Assembly: GCA_017991915.1 (NCBI GenBank)
Contig: JAGOPQ010000002.1
Location: 1 to 53,574, forward strand
Source of the DNA: Minisyncoccota bacterium
Lineage (GTDB): Bacteria; Patescibacteriota; Minisyncoccia; Phycocordibacterales; UBA9973
Direction: 5' to 3'
Length of the DNA stretch: 53,574 nt
A model generated the notes under the pieces. It worked only from the letters and a program-made list of their open reading frames with translations. It was not told the DNA's origin and did not search any database. Positions 23,764-33,653 of the stretch are shown one piece after another. The translations under genes and the position numbers were made by a program. Every line of letters starts with the position of its first letter. Positions within the stretch are counted from its first letter, which is position 1.

Positions 23764-24117
23764 TTATATAAATTCAATTACAGCCATCTTTGCTCCGTCT
23801 GACTTGCGGGCGCCTAATTTTATTACTCTGGTGTATCCTCCTTTTACATCTTTATATTTTGGTGCGATTACATCAAAAAGCTTTTTGGGTGCTTTACCTC
23901 GGCTCGCCAATTTTGCGATGATCAATTTTCGTGTAGCCACATCTCCTTTCTTTGCAGAAGTGATTAGCTTTTCGATAAATGGGCGAAGTTCCTTGGCCTT
24001 TGGTTCAGTAGTAGTGATTTTTTCACGCACTATCAAATTGAGCGCCAATGAATTCATCAATGCGATTCTCTGATTTTTTTCTCGTCCGAATTTTCTTTTG
24101 TTATTACCGTGTCTCAT
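23764..24117 (-). CDS. rplQ: 50S ribosomal protein L17
   Basis: The N-terminus MRHGNNKRKFGRE...R.AL..L matches L17. It follows rpoA. Confidence 0.93.
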   Translation of the reverse strand: MRHGNNKRKFGREKNQRIALMNSLALNLIVREKITTTEPKAKELRPFIEKLITSAKKGDVATRKLIIAKLASRGKAPKKLFDVIAPKYKDVKGGYTRVIKLGARKSDGAKMAVIEFI

Positions 24118-24136
24118 ATGATTCTTTCAAATGCTA

Positions 24137-25111
24137 TTATTCTTTTAAGTTCAGGCCGAATTTACCCAAAACTTTTTTAATCTCTGTGATTCCCTTTTCA
24201 CCAATACCCTCTACTTCGAGCAAATCTTCTCGCTTTTTACGAGCAAGTCCTCCAAGTGTTCGAATATTTGCCGCAGTTAGGGCGTTTAGGGTTCGTGTGG
24301 AAAGATCTAGGGTGTCAGTGCGAGTCTTTAAGACATCAGTAAAATCATCAGACTTTTTGTCTTCCTTTGATTCCTTATCGTCTTCCTTTGCTGACTTCTT
24401 TACCTCTACTTCAACTTCTTCCTCCTTGAAATCAATGATAGCCTTAAGTTGGTTTATCATGATAGCGATAGATTGAGAAAGAGCTTCACGTGGAGAAAGA
24501 GTACCATCAGTTTCTATAGATATTCGTAGACGATTGTGGTTGGTCTTGTCTCCGACACGCATGTTTTCAACTTCGTAAGATACTCGGCGAATAGGAGTAA
24601 AGATAGCATCTACGGCAATAGTACCGATATCTACTTTATCTTTTTGCATTACTTCTTTGGAGATAAAGCCTAGACCTTTTTCAATCTTCAATTCTACTTC
24701 TAGGTTTACCTTGCCAGTGATTGAACAGATATAAGAATCTGGATTCAAGATTTGTACTTGACCACTAGTCTTTACATCAGAAGCAGTTACTTCTTTTGGA
24801 CCCTTCACAGATAGAGTTACAGTCTGAGGCTCATCAGAAGCCATTTGAAATCGGAGTTTCTTTAAATTAAGAATGATTAAAATTACATCCTCTTTGATAC
24901 CGTCAATAGTTTGAAATTCATGAGTTACACCTTCTATTTTAATAGAAGTTACACTCGCGCCCGGCAATGAAGAAAGAATAATTCTGCGCAAACTATTACC
25001 CAAGGTATGTCCGTACCCAGGATATAGACCGTCTATTTCAAATACTCCCTTGTTGCCTTCCTCTACAACAACACGAGGCTTTGAAGGCATAATTATTTTA
25101 TATTCAGGCAT
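24137..25111 (-). CDS. rpoA: DNA-directed RNA polymerase subunit alpha
   Basis: The N-terminal domain contains GYGHTLGNSLRRILLSS, and the C-terminal domain contains LDLSTRTLNAL. An acidic linker insertion separates them. Confidence 0.95.
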   Translation of the reverse strand: MPEYKIIMPSKPRVVVEEGNKGVFEIDGLYPGYGHTLGNSLRRIILSSLPGASVTSIKIEGVTHEFQTIDGIKEDVILIILNLKKLRFQMASDEPQTVTLSVKGPKEVTASDVKTSGQVQILNPDSYICSITGKVNLEVELKIEKGLGFISKEVMQKDKVDIGTIAVDAIFTPIRRVSYEVENMRVGDKTNHNRLRISIETDGTLSPREALSQSIAIMINQLKAIIDFKEEEVEVEVKKSAKEDDKESKEDKKSDDFTDVLKTRTDTLDLSTRTLNALTAANIRTLGGLARKKREDLLEVEGIGEKGITEIKKVLGKFGLNLKE

Positions 25112-25162
25112 ATTTTTATAATTTTAAAAATCTTAATAATAAAGTTAACAAAAATTCTAAAT

Positions 25163-25774
25163 TTATCTACTATAAAATTCTAGGACGGCGTTCAAGTCCA
25201 AGAAAGTTTCAATATTTTTTGGCTTAGCTAAGATATGACCTTCCATTTTTGGTATCTCAAAAGAAATCCATGTTGGAGCTTTGTAGTCTTTTAGTCGTTC
25301 AGTCAAATTTTCAAAAAGTTTTGAACTCTTAGAACCCTCACGAACTTTTACTACATCTCCTGGCTTCATAGCATAAGAAGGCACAGTCACGCGGTGATCA
25401 TTTACGATAAAGTGACCATGAGAAACCATTTGGCGTGCACCACGTCGGCTATTTGCTAGACCCAAACGATACACAACGTTGTCTAGACGAGATTCCAACT
25501 CTTCGTAAAATTTCTCAGCTGTACCAGCACCTTTGATTTGAGTTGCCTTCTTCACATAGTTTGAAAGTTGGCGTTCTGTAATACCATAAGAAAATCGAAT
25601 TTTTTGCTTTTCAACAAGCTGAGTTCCGTATTCGGTCAAAGCCTTTGGGCGCTTGCCCGCAGCTCCTATCTTGTTAGCAAGTCCACCTGTAGCAGAAAAC
25701 TTTGAAGTCTGACATTTGTCATATACTCCAGGTCCAAGTCTGCGGCAGATTTTAAATTTTGGTTTTGATATCAT
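25163..25774 (-). CDS. rpsD: 30S ribosomal protein S4
   Basis: The protein has LDNVVYRLGLA, an S4 RNA-binding domain, and the conserved operon position. Confidence 0.94.
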   Translation of the reverse strand: MISKPKFKICRRLGPGVYDKCQTSKFSATGGLANKIGAAGKRPKALTEYGTQLVEKQKIRFSYGITERQLSNYVKKATQIKGAGTAEKFYEELESRLDNVVYRLGLANSRRGARQMVSHGHFIVNDHRVTVPSYAMKPGDVVKVREGSKSSKLFENLTERLKDYKAPTWISFEIPKMEGHILAKPKNIETFLDLNAVLEFYSR

Positions 25775-25806
25775 ATTTTTAAAAAATTAATTATTCTTTA
25801 TTCTCT

Positions 25807-26238
25807 TTATACGCGTCGTGGCTTCTTAGCTTTTGGACCATTGTGTGGTACTGGGGTTGCGTCTTTGATACCGGTGACTTCTATGCCGTGGGCCATAAAT
25901 GCTCTGATAGCTGGCTCACGTCCTGAACCCACTCCACGTACTACTACATCTGAATCTTTTACTCCCAATGCTGCCATCTTGCCACCGATTATGTCTCCGA
26001 CTTTTGAAGCTGCGAAAGGAGTACCCTTCTTTGCTCCTCGGAATCCTAGACTTCCTGAACTTGACCAGAAAAGAGTGTTACCAACTTTGTCGGCAAAAAG
26101 AACTTTGGTGTTGTTGAAAGTGGCATCAATGTGAACAACCCCAGAAGTTATTTTCTTCTTTGGTGTCTTACTTGGTGCTGCCTTTACTTCAGGAGTTGCG
26201 GTAGCTGTAGATTCTGTTGTAGTTGGTGTTTTTGCCAT
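25807..26238 (-). CDS. rpsK: 30S ribosomal protein S11
   Basis: The protein has an S11 core (HI.ATFNNT....D..GN...W.S.G..GF.G..K.T.FAA) and the C-terminal DATPVPHNG.K..K.RRV block. Confidence 0.94.
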   Translation of the reverse strand: MAKTPTTTESTATATPEVKAAPSKTPKKKITSGVVHIDATFNNTKVLFADKVGNTLFWSSSGSLGFRGAKKGTPFAASKVGDIIGGKMAALGVKDSDVVVRGVGSGREPAIRAFMAHGIEVTGIKDATPVPHNGPKAKKPRRV

Positions 26239-26248
26239 ATGATTAATT

Positions 26249-26629
26249 TTATGTCTTTGTTTCTTTTCTCTTACCTGACGCCATTGTCTTTCTTACGTTT
26301 CCTCGGACAGTTCTAGAGTTTGTCTTTGTTCTTTGTCCTCGAACTGGCAATCTCTTCATGTGTCGGACACCTCGATAACTCTTGATATCCTTTAGTCTTT
26401 TTATGTTTGCGGCTACTTCTCTTTTTAGATTTCCTTCGATGGGAGTAGCTTCCACAATGACACGGATTTTATTTTCTTCATCTGGACTCAAATCTTTGGC
26501 TTTCTTGCCGTGATCGATACCAGCTTGGTCCAAAATCTTTCGCGCCTTCGGAATACCTATACCGTAGAAGCAGGTTAGGCCAATTTCAAGTCTCTTATTA
26601 TCTGGTACTGTGATTCCAAGTATTCTCAT
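26249..26629 (-). CDS. rpsM: 30S ribosomal protein S13
   Basis: The protein begins MRILGITVPDNKRLEIGLTCFYGIG and contains SYRG.RH...LPVRGQRT.TN. Confidence 0.95.
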   Translation of the reverse strand: MRILGITVPDNKRLEIGLTCFYGIGIPKARKILDQAGIDHGKKAKDLSPDEENKIRVIVEATPIEGNLKREVAANIKRLKDIKSYRGVRHMKRLPVRGQRTKTNSRTVRGNVRKTMASGKRKETKT

Positions 26630-26633
26630 ATGA

Positions 26634-26744
26634 TTATTGTTTTTGCTTATGCTTTGGGTTAGAACAGATCACGCGCAAGTGCCTCTGTCGGCGGACAATT
26701 TTACAGTTATCACAAATTTTTTGTACTGCTGATCTGATTTTCAT
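26634..26744 (-). CDS. rpmJ: 50S ribosomal protein L36 (not in the ORF track, 36 aa)
   Basis: My own translation gives [36 protein letters not shown]. It has the C..C..C..H zinc motif and the conserved infA-rpmJ-rpsM order. Confidence 0.85.
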   Translation of the reverse strand: MKIRSAVQKICDNCKIVRRQRHLRVICSNPKHKQKQ

Positions 26745-26783
26745 AAATTTATTTGGTCTCTCGTCACAATATAGAGCAAAAAC

Positions 26784-26798
26784 AAGGGAAAAACCCTT
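26784..26798 (-). terminator. Small hairpin plus U-tract between infA and rpmJ (terminator/attenuator candidate)
   Basis: The minus strand reads AAGGGtttttCCCTTgtttttg. Confidence 0.4.
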
Positions 26799-26882
26799 AT
26801 TTTTCAATCTATCTGGCTATTCAAATGTTTCTAACAAACTAACATTACTATGATACACCATACTTAAAAAAATTACAAGCCC

Positions 26883-27116
26883 CTACAACCTTTTTATTAT
26901 TCTACCTTTTCCGCCATACGGATCAAGGATAACTTCGACTGAATCCCCTATCAAAACCTTGATTCTATGCATTCGCATTTTTCCACCCAGATATGCCAGA
27001 AGTTCTTTCTCGTCATCACCCGAACCATCCATCTTTACTCTAAATAAAGTCGAAGGCAGGGCTTCGGTAACAATCCCCCTCGCAGTAACCAGTTTTTCAT
27101 TTTTGGAATCACTCAT
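26883..27116 (-). CDS. infA: Translation initiation factor IF-1
   Basis: The protein is an S1-like fold (G.V.E.LP...FRV......L.AY..GKMR...I....GD.V.V...PY). A short Gly/Asp insertion is present. Confidence 0.92.
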   Translation of the reverse strand: MSDSKNEKLVTARGIVTEALPSTLFRVKMDGSGDDEKELLAYLGGKMRMHRIKVLIGDSVEVILDPYGGKGRIIKRL

Positions 27117-27178
27117 TTGGTATCATTAATATAACAAAACTATAAACAAACGTCAAGGAAAATAAGTATATTTTGAGG

Positions 27179-28585
27179 CTAGTTTGGGTAATTTACAATT
27201 ATTTTAATATCTTTGTTTTTTGTTGGAAGTGAGGTTTTCCAAAATGGACGAATCACGAGCTGAGCAGAGTCGATATTTTGATAAGATGACAAGATTGTAT
27301 TAAAGCTTTTTTTGGGTTGACCCACGATATCTGAAATGAGCTTCTCTTCATCAATTTTCCAAACAACTCTCAAATTACCAGACAACGTAAATGCAATACT
27401 TTGTGATAAAGAAGTTAGACTATCTTTGCTAACCAAAGACAAGGTTAAGTCACGGATGTTCTTCAAGTAAATCTTACTAGCGTCTTCGTTGGGTAAGATT
27501 TTTTCAGCAATTTTAGCCGTAAGTTTCTTTTCATCAAACAAGAATCCAGAAAACGTTCCGGACAAGCTGGCCACGGCAGTATTGTTTGAACTAGGAGTCA
27601 ATTTTAGCTCATCATTGTTTGTATTAAAGAGTGCCCCATCTTTGAAAAGCACAAAACCACTAGGAATTTGCTCTTCGGCTTTAGCCAACAACTTACTTTG
27701 CAGTACGGGCTTGAGTTTGGCTATGATGCGAGCCTTGTCTGAATCAGACACATCACTGGATTTTCCCTTAAAACCACCAGTAAGGTCACCCTTGCTGCGG
27801 GCATAAAATTTAGCGTATTTAGGTGTACCCTTGAAACCAAAAATTTTAAAATCTAAGGCGGTACTATTGTACTCAGCACCTGCTTCAGATGCATATATAC
27901 CGACTTCAATGGATCCTGGGGTAGTTCCCTTCATTCCTGGTACAGTAGTTTTGGTGGTGGTTTTGTATAGCTTGCCATTTGAACCCTCTAGTCTGGTATC
28001 TATGGACAAAGATTGGGGGCTGGTACTAAATGCATTGTATAGAACTACTTTACCTGTAGCCTTCACAGCCACATCCTTTTCTTCACCAGCAGTTACCGTC
28101 TCGTGTTCTTCTCCAGATATGACCACAACATCAAAAGGCAATCCACCTTGGTCACTGTCTTTCATGGCGGACAAATCCAAGTTTACATTTTGATCTTTGA
28201 TTTTTGGACTAACGGTTATTTTTGCACTAGAGAATAAAAACGAAAGTGCGAAAATAAGAAAAAGTGCGGACACTCCGGCCACCATCCACAAAGCAAACCT
28301 AGACTTATCGGGATCCTTGTATCCACCCACATCATTAATAGAAGCAAACCGACTCTCAAAACCAGAGTATTTTGGTCTCTCTAAAATTGTTTTTTCTGGG
28401 GTTTTTATTATTTTCGGTGCTTCTTCTGGTTCTTTGGCTTTTTCTACTACAGGGGGTGGAGTATAAACTGGCTCAACAACTTTTTTGGGAAGAGATATTT
28501 TGATTGGAATTTTTACTGCCTCAGGCACCTTGGGTGCGCCCACTGATTGCCTCTTCACCATGTCTTGAAGTAGATTTTTAGCCAT
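27179..28585 (-). CDS. Bitopic membrane protein with a large extracytoplasmic domain, unknown function
   Basis: The protein has a cytoplasmic N-terminus of about 95 aa (MAKNLLQDM..., Pro/Lys-rich), one TM helix (FALWMVAGVSALFLIFALSFLF) and about 350 aa outside. It follows the actin-like ATPase gene after a 9-nt gap. Confidence 0.55.
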   Translation of the reverse strand: MAKNLLQDMVKRQSVGAPKVPEAVKIPIKISLPKKVVEPVYTPPPVVEKAKEPEEAPKIIKTPEKTILERPKYSGFESRFASINDVGGYKDPDKSRFALWMVAGVSALFLIFALSFLFSSAKITVSPKIKDQNVNLDLSAMKDSDQGGLPFDVVVISGEEHETVTAGEEKDVAVKATGKVVLYNAFSTSPQSLSIDTRLEGSNGKLYKTTTKTTVPGMKGTTPGSIEVGIYASEAGAEYNSTALDFKIFGFKGTPKYAKFYARSKGDLTGGFKGKSSDVSDSDKARIIAKLKPVLQSKLLAKAEEQIPSGFVLFKDGALFNTNNDELKLTPSSNNTAVASLSGTFSGFLFDEKKLTAKIAEKILPNEDASKIYLKNIRDLTLSLVSKDSLTSLSQSIAFTLSGNLRVVWKIDEEKLISDIVGQPKKSFNTILSSYQNIDSAQLVIRPFWKTSLPTKNKDIKIIVNYPN

Positions 28586-28594
28586 AGTTATATC

Positions 28595-29779
28595 TTAACA
28601 AAGAAAACGATTAATATAAATAGATTCTATGATCAAAAATGGGTCACGAGCTACATCGGGATTAAAGTTTGCCGCACTATGTAGTACTTCCGCATTCAAA
28701 AATATAATTTGAAAATTGGATTCAGTGAGTGTGTATTGATTCAGCTGATCACTCTTTATCGTTTCTCCAAAAAATCCAGCCATCTCCTTGTCCACACTTA
28801 CAAAAATTGTTGAAGGTATGGAAATATCATTTGAAATAACCATCAATGATGCTTGGAATTTCTGCAACCACTCCTTTTTCAGTTTAGCTATAATTGGTTC
28901 AAGTTTATTTTCAATCGCTTCCTCGGCGTGCCCATCCTTGTATAAAGACAAGAGGGATTTGGCTTCTTCTAGAGAAGTATTTAATTCAGAAGCGACTCCA
29001 CGAATTATATAATTTGGACCAACTGGGAAAGAAGTTGAACTGGTTAAAATATCTTTTTTAATTATTGAAACATCTGTAACCTCCCCGCCTATGTCTATCA
29101 AGACGAAATCCTCATGATGAGCAAACATGTCGCGCGCCACAGTATATGAAGCCATGGCGAAAGAAGAAAATTTTATGTGCTGGCAATTCAAGTTTTTACA
29201 TACAACTTCTTTTATTTTTTCCAAAACCTGCTCACCACTCATAGAAATAAACATGACCATCTGTAGTTCAGTAGCCTTTTGATTATAAGGATTGTCTGTA
29301 GCGTAGCCATTCAACATGGTCTTCATGTTTTTGAGCTCAATTGCCACAATCTTGTCTTTACTATCCATATATTTCTGTAAATGTTGCTCCTCAAACAAAC
29401 TTATTTCTTTATCAATAAGACTGTCTGCGAGCTTGGTGTTGAAAACAAAAGGAGCATTCTTTTGCATATTGATGGTGCGAGTTTGTGAAGCATACCAAGG
29501 CGAAGACAACACACAAAAAATCTTTTTCGGCATTCCGAAACCACTTTTTGAAATTTTAGCCGATATGATTTCTAGAGACTTGGTAGTTAGAGACAGAAAT
29601 CTATCTGCATCAATATCTTTTTCTAACAATATAGGTTCTCGCACGGAGAAAATAATTTTTGGAACACCTGATTTTTGAATATAAAAAAGTGCTCCTCCAG
29701 TAGAAGATGAACCAACATCAAAAACCAGGACTAGCTCTTCCTTTTTTAATGTGGAAAATATTCCTGAAAATATGCCCAT
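28595..29779 (-). CDS. Actin-like (ASKHA) ATPase, FtsA/PilM-like
   Basis: The phosphate-1 motif is LVFDVGSSSTGGALF and the phosphate-2/adenosine motif is VLIDIGGEVTDVSII. Confidence 0.65.
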   Translation of the reverse strand: MGIFSGIFSTLKKEELVLVFDVGSSSTGGALFYIQKSGVPKIIFSVREPILLEKDIDADRFLSLTTKSLEIISAKISKSGFGMPKKIFCVLSSPWYASQTRTINMQKNAPFVFNTKLADSLIDKEISLFEEQHLQKYMDSKDKIVAIELKNMKTMLNGYATDNPYNQKATELQMVMFISMSGEQVLEKIKEVVCKNLNCQHIKFSSFAMASYTVARDMFAHHEDFVLIDIGGEVTDVSIIKKDILTSSTSFPVGPNYIIRGVASELNTSLEEAKSLLSLYKDGHAEEAIENKLEPIIAKLKKEWLQKFQASLMVISNDISIPSTIFVSVDKEMAGFFGETIKSDQLNQYTLTESNFQIIFLNAEVLHSAANFNPDVARDPFLIIESIYINRFLC

Positions 29780-29791
29780 GGCTTAATTATA

Positions 29792-31435
29792 TCACAACAA
29801 AACAGCTTTGATACGTCTAACCCCAGCAGATACAGCTTCTTCTTTCTGTATTTTAAATGTTCCTATTTCTCCGGTATTACCGACATGTGGTCCACCACAG
29901 AATTCTTTGGATATTGGATTACCATTTTCATCTTCAATGAAATAAACTGACACAACTTCTGGATATTTTGCACCAAATTCCATTTCCGCGCCGAGTTGTT
30001 GCGCTTCAGCCAACGGCATCTCTCGACGGATGACATTTAATTTTTGAGAAATTTTATCATTTACCCAGGCCTCTACTTTTTGTTTTTCTTCATCCGTCAG
30101 CTTGTGATCACACATGAAGTCTATACGTAGTCGCTCTTCGGTTATGTTACTTCCCCGTTGTTTTATATTTTTATCTACAATTGTCTGCAGTCCTGCGAGT
30201 AATAAGTGGTGGGCAGTATGAAGCTTGATAGTTTTTGGTTCATGATTCGCTAGTCCACCCTTAAACATACCCGCAGATGAAGTCTGGGAAAGCTTTTGGT
30301 GATCTTCCATTTTTTTATTAAATTCTTCTAGGTTTATGATTTGATTTTTCTCTTGAGCTAGCTCTAGCGTCAGCTCTATTGGAAAACCATAGGTAGTAAA
30401 GAGAACAAATGGATCCTCCCCCTTTTCAAATTCTTTAAGTCCATGCTGTAGAGTAATTCGAAATTTATTTTCTTCTTTTTCTATTTCCCCCTTATCGTCT
30501 AGATCATAAATTCCCTTATAAATATTTTTTATTTTCTCTATTTCCATGGATAGTGGATTTGTAGATAGTCTCACCGCACGGCGAATCAATCTGCGTAAAA
30601 CATAACCTCGGCCAGTGTTACTAGGTACAGCTCCATCGGATATCATAAACAAAGCAGCTTTGACATGGTCAGCTATGATACGGTCCTCTTTGGTTATCTC
30701 ACCATTAAACAAATCAGTCTCGTAGACATTCTTTTTATTTTGCACAGTAGCGAGCAAGCGCTCGAGCCCCATCCCTGTATCTATGCCCAAAATATCTAGC
30801 TTTTTAAGATTGGCTTCACCTTTATCTAGTTTCTCCCTTGAACCATCACAAAAATACTCATTGAAAACTACATTCCAAATTTCTACATCGTCTCCATTGG
30901 CATTCTTACAATATATTTCAGTGGTTGGACCACATGGACCGGAGTCCCCCGTTGGACCCCAGAAAACATCACTACCGTCTTCGCGAATATCTTTTACTCC
31001 AAGCTCTGTCCAGATAGATTTAGACTCATCATCTCTAGGAACCACACCTTCACCTTTATAAAAAGTTACGAAGGAAATTTCTAATCCTAATTCTTTGGTT
31101 ATAAAATCATGCGCATAAGTTATCGCCTCTTTTCGTCCGTAGCCACCAAAAGAAAAATTTCCGAGCATTTCAAAAAATGTGAGGTGCGTATCATCCCCAA
31201 CTTCTTCTATGTCTCCAGTGCGGATACATTTCTGTGAAGTGGTGACATTCTTGGAACCAAAATCTTTTAAGGCGTTATCAGGTGCAGTATAGTAGGGTTT
31301 GAATTGTTGCATACCAGCAGTGGTGAAAAGCACTGACGGATCATTCTCTGGCACCAATGAAGAAGAAGGAAGTATTTTATGCCCCCTTTGTTCAAAAAAT
31401 TTTAAAAACCTTTCCCTGACTTCATGTGACTGCAT
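29792..31435 (-). CDS. alaS: Alanine--tRNA ligase, short form lacking the C-Ala domain
   Basis: The protein begins MQSHEVRERFLKFFEQRGHK and contains FTTAGMQQFKPYY and GMGLERL. Editing-domain motifs HTAHHLL and GGPHV are present. It ends after the editing domain at 547 aa. Confidence 0.9.
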   Translation of the reverse strand: MQSHEVRERFLKFFEQRGHKILPSSSLVPENDPSVLFTTAGMQQFKPYYTAPDNALKDFGSKNVTTSQKCIRTGDIEEVGDDTHLTFFEMLGNFSFGGYGRKEAITYAHDFITKELGLEISFVTFYKGEGVVPRDDESKSIWTELGVKDIREDGSDVFWGPTGDSGPCGPTTEIYCKNANGDDVEIWNVVFNEYFCDGSREKLDKGEANLKKLDILGIDTGMGLERLLATVQNKKNVYETDLFNGEITKEDRIIADHVKAALFMISDGAVPSNTGRGYVLRRLIRRAVRLSTNPLSMEIEKIKNIYKGIYDLDDKGEIEKEENKFRITLQHGLKEFEKGEDPFVLFTTYGFPIELTLELAQEKNQIINLEEFNKKMEDHQKLSQTSSAGMFKGGLANHEPKTIKLHTAHHLLLAGLQTIVDKNIKQRGSNITEERLRIDFMCDHKLTDEEKQKVEAWVNDKISQKLNVIRREMPLAEAQQLGAEMEFGAKYPEVVSVYFIEDENGNPISKEFCGGPHVGNTGEIGTFKIQKEEAVSAGVRRIKAVLL

Positions 31436-31444
31436 ATTTTTTGA

Positions 31445-31915
31445 TTACAATTTCGGCTCACCCATATCTCCAGACATTCGGCGAATTGGCTTTTCCAATA
31501 AATACACAAAGATAAGTATAAACAATACGAGCACAGTAGCGATAACTGCCAAACTATAAAATCTAAGTCCAGAAGCCATACCAATCCCAGCTGTAACCCA
31601 AAGACCACCCGCAGTAGTGAGTCCAAGCAATCTAGGACCTTGAAGCATTATTGAACCAGCGCCAAGGAATCCGATACCCACCACTATTTGAGACACAATC
31701 ATGGTTGGATTTAGTCCAGGTAAATTAATATACTTTGCAGTCATGGCTTCAGAAATAATAACAAATACGGCAGCACCGAGAGACACAAGGGCATGAGTCT
31801 TCATACCAGCCTCTTTATGGACAATAAGTCTTTCCACGCCTATGGCCATACCCAGACCCACTGCTATCATTAATCTAAATATAATATCGCTATTTTGTGT
31901 AAAAAAGTTAAACAT
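31445..31915 (-). CDS. MgtC/SapB family membrane protein
   Basis: The protein contains GLGMAIGVERLIVHKEAGMKTHALVSLGAA and has four or five TM helices. Confidence 0.82.
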   Translation of the reverse strand: MFNFFTQNSDIIFRLMIAVGLGMAIGVERLIVHKEAGMKTHALVSLGAAVFVIISEAMTAKYINLPGLNPTMIVSQIVVGIGFLGAGSIMLQGPRLLGLTTAGGLWVTAGIGMASGLRFYSLAVIATVLVLFILIFVYLLEKPIRRMSGDMGEPKL

Positions 31916-31924
31916 ATATACTGA

Positions 31925-33115
31925 TTATATAATAACTCCCCCACCTAGGCAAACAGCTTTATCGTAGACCACACAGGACTGACCAGAAGCAACCAGAACA
32001 GGCTTGTTGAAAATTACTTCAGCTGTATCCTTGCCTGTGATTTTAATTTTACATGGTAAAAACTCTCCGTGGTAGCGGATTTGCGCGGTATAGTCTTTAC
32101 CTTCTACTGGAACTTCCGAAATCCAATTTGTGTTTTCAATAACAACAGAAAACAAAGAATTCTTCGAGCGGAAGGTTCCGCCCGCAGGGTGGAGGAAAGC
32201 CGAAGAATTATTTGTTTTCTGTTGCGATACTATGAGAGTATTTTTATTCAAATCTTTCGCCACTACATAGTACGGTTTATCATTGGGACTTTTTTTAGTA
32301 ATGGTAAATCCGTGTCGCTCCCCTAGTGTAGAAAACACAACACCATTGTGCCAACCAATTTCTTCACCTTTTTCGTTCCCCGCAGACGGGGCAAGCACCA
32401 CCTTACCTTTCTTTTCTTTAATGTAGTGTTTCAAAAATTCCTTTAAATCCACCGCGCCCAAGAAGCATATACCCTGACTGTCCTTCTTCTCGGCTACTGG
32501 TAGCTTGAACTTGGTAGCAAGCTTGCGCACCTCACTTTTCTGGAATCCACCAACTGGAAATAAAATTTTACTGATTTGTTCTTGGCGAAGTGTCCAAAGG
32601 AAATAACTTTGGTCCTTGCTTGGGTCAACAGATTGAAGTAATGAAATCTTCGGGAATGATGAATTTTTTCGGATTACTCCAGTCCTTAAAGCCCGAGACT
32701 GGAACCTTCCCCGTGCAAAATTCACCATTCCCTGCGACTGGGCGTAATGTCCCGTCGCCACATAATCTGCACCCATAGACAGAGCCTTCTTGAGAAAGGC
32801 GCCGAACTTCACCTCCTTGTTGCACATAACATCAGGGTTCGGAGTTCTACCCTTTTTGTATTCAGAAATCATATAATCCGCAACTTCTTTTTTGTAGACA
32901 TTCTCAAGGTCAAAAGTCAGAAATGGAATGTCTAAAAAGGCTGCCACTCGCATAGCGTCTCGTCGTTCTTCTTCTTCGTTACACTCCAAAAAATCCGGGT
33001 GCCAAGTCTTTATAAAGACACCCACCACTTCAAAGCCTTTTTCTTTTAACAAGGCGGCCGAAACAGCGGAATCCACTCCACCCGAGAGCCCAACAAATAC
33101 AACCTCTTTCTTCAT
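31925..33115 (-). CDS. mnmA: tRNA-specific 2-thiouridylase MnmA
   Basis: The protein has the PP-loop motif GLSGGVDSAV, the catalytic Cys context CNKEVKFG, and KDQSYFL. Confidence 0.92.
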   Translation of the reverse strand: MKKEVVFVGLSGGVDSAVSAALLKEKGFEVVGVFIKTWHPDFLECNEEEERRDAMRVAAFLDIPFLTFDLENVYKKEVADYMISEYKKGRTPNPDVMCNKEVKFGAFLKKALSMGADYVATGHYAQSQGMVNFARGRFQSRALRTGVIRKNSSFPKISLLQSVDPSKDQSYFLWTLRQEQISKILFPVGGFQKSEVRKLATKFKLPVAEKKDSQGICFLGAVDLKEFLKHYIKEKKGKVVLAPSAGNEKGEEIGWHNGVVFSTLGERHGFTITKKSPNDKPYYVVAKDLNKNTLIVSQQKTNNSSAFLHPAGGTFRSKNSLFSVVIENTNWISEVPVEGKDYTAQIRYHGEFLPCKIKITGKDTAEVIFNKPVLVASGQSCVVYDKAVCLGGGVII

Positions 33116-33124
33116 ATTTTTACT

Positions 33125-33652
33125 TTATAGATTCATCAGCTTTTTGTAAAGCGCAAAGGTAGCTCTAGCGTCAGACAGTGCGGTGTGGGCATGAGCGTTA
33201 ACTATACCAAAACGAAGACACATTTCACGTAAAGAAAAATGATCAAAACTAACATCTTTGTGAAATTTTGCCCAAGCAATGGATATGGTGTCTAGTCTGT
33301 GATAGTGCATAGTATTTTTGATTTTAGTTTTAGAAAAAGCATACTCCAGAAATCCAGAATCAAAAGCCACGTTCTGGCCAACCATAATACAACCCTCGGT
33401 TTTTACCGCCAAAAATTCTAAAGCCTTTTTAAGAGAGACAGCATCAACCCATTTCTCCTCACTGTAGTGGCTGATCTTTAGAGATACTTTATTCGCATCC
33501 TCTATGTGCTTGGGTTTTATTTTTAATTCAAATTCTTCGATGACTTCTAACCCTGGACTAACAATCACGCAACCAATCTCAATTATCTCGTGCTTGGTAA
33601 TATCAAGTCCAGTAGTTTCTATATCTATAAATGCTAAATTGTGTTTTCTCAT
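33125..33652 (-). CDS. DEDD-family 3'-5' exonuclease (DnaQ/epsilon-like)
   Basis: ExoI is FIDIETTGLD, ExoII is GQNVAFDSGFL and ExoIII is H.ALSDA. Confidence 0.8.
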   Translation of the reverse strand: MRKHNLAFIDIETTGLDITKHEIIEIGCVIVSPGLEVIEEFELKIKPKHIEDANKVSLKISHYSEEKWVDAVSLKKALEFLAVKTEGCIMVGQNVAFDSGFLEYAFSKTKIKNTMHYHRLDTISIAWAKFHKDVSFDHFSLREMCLRFGIVNAHAHTALSDARATFALYKKLMNL

Positions 33653-33653
33653 T

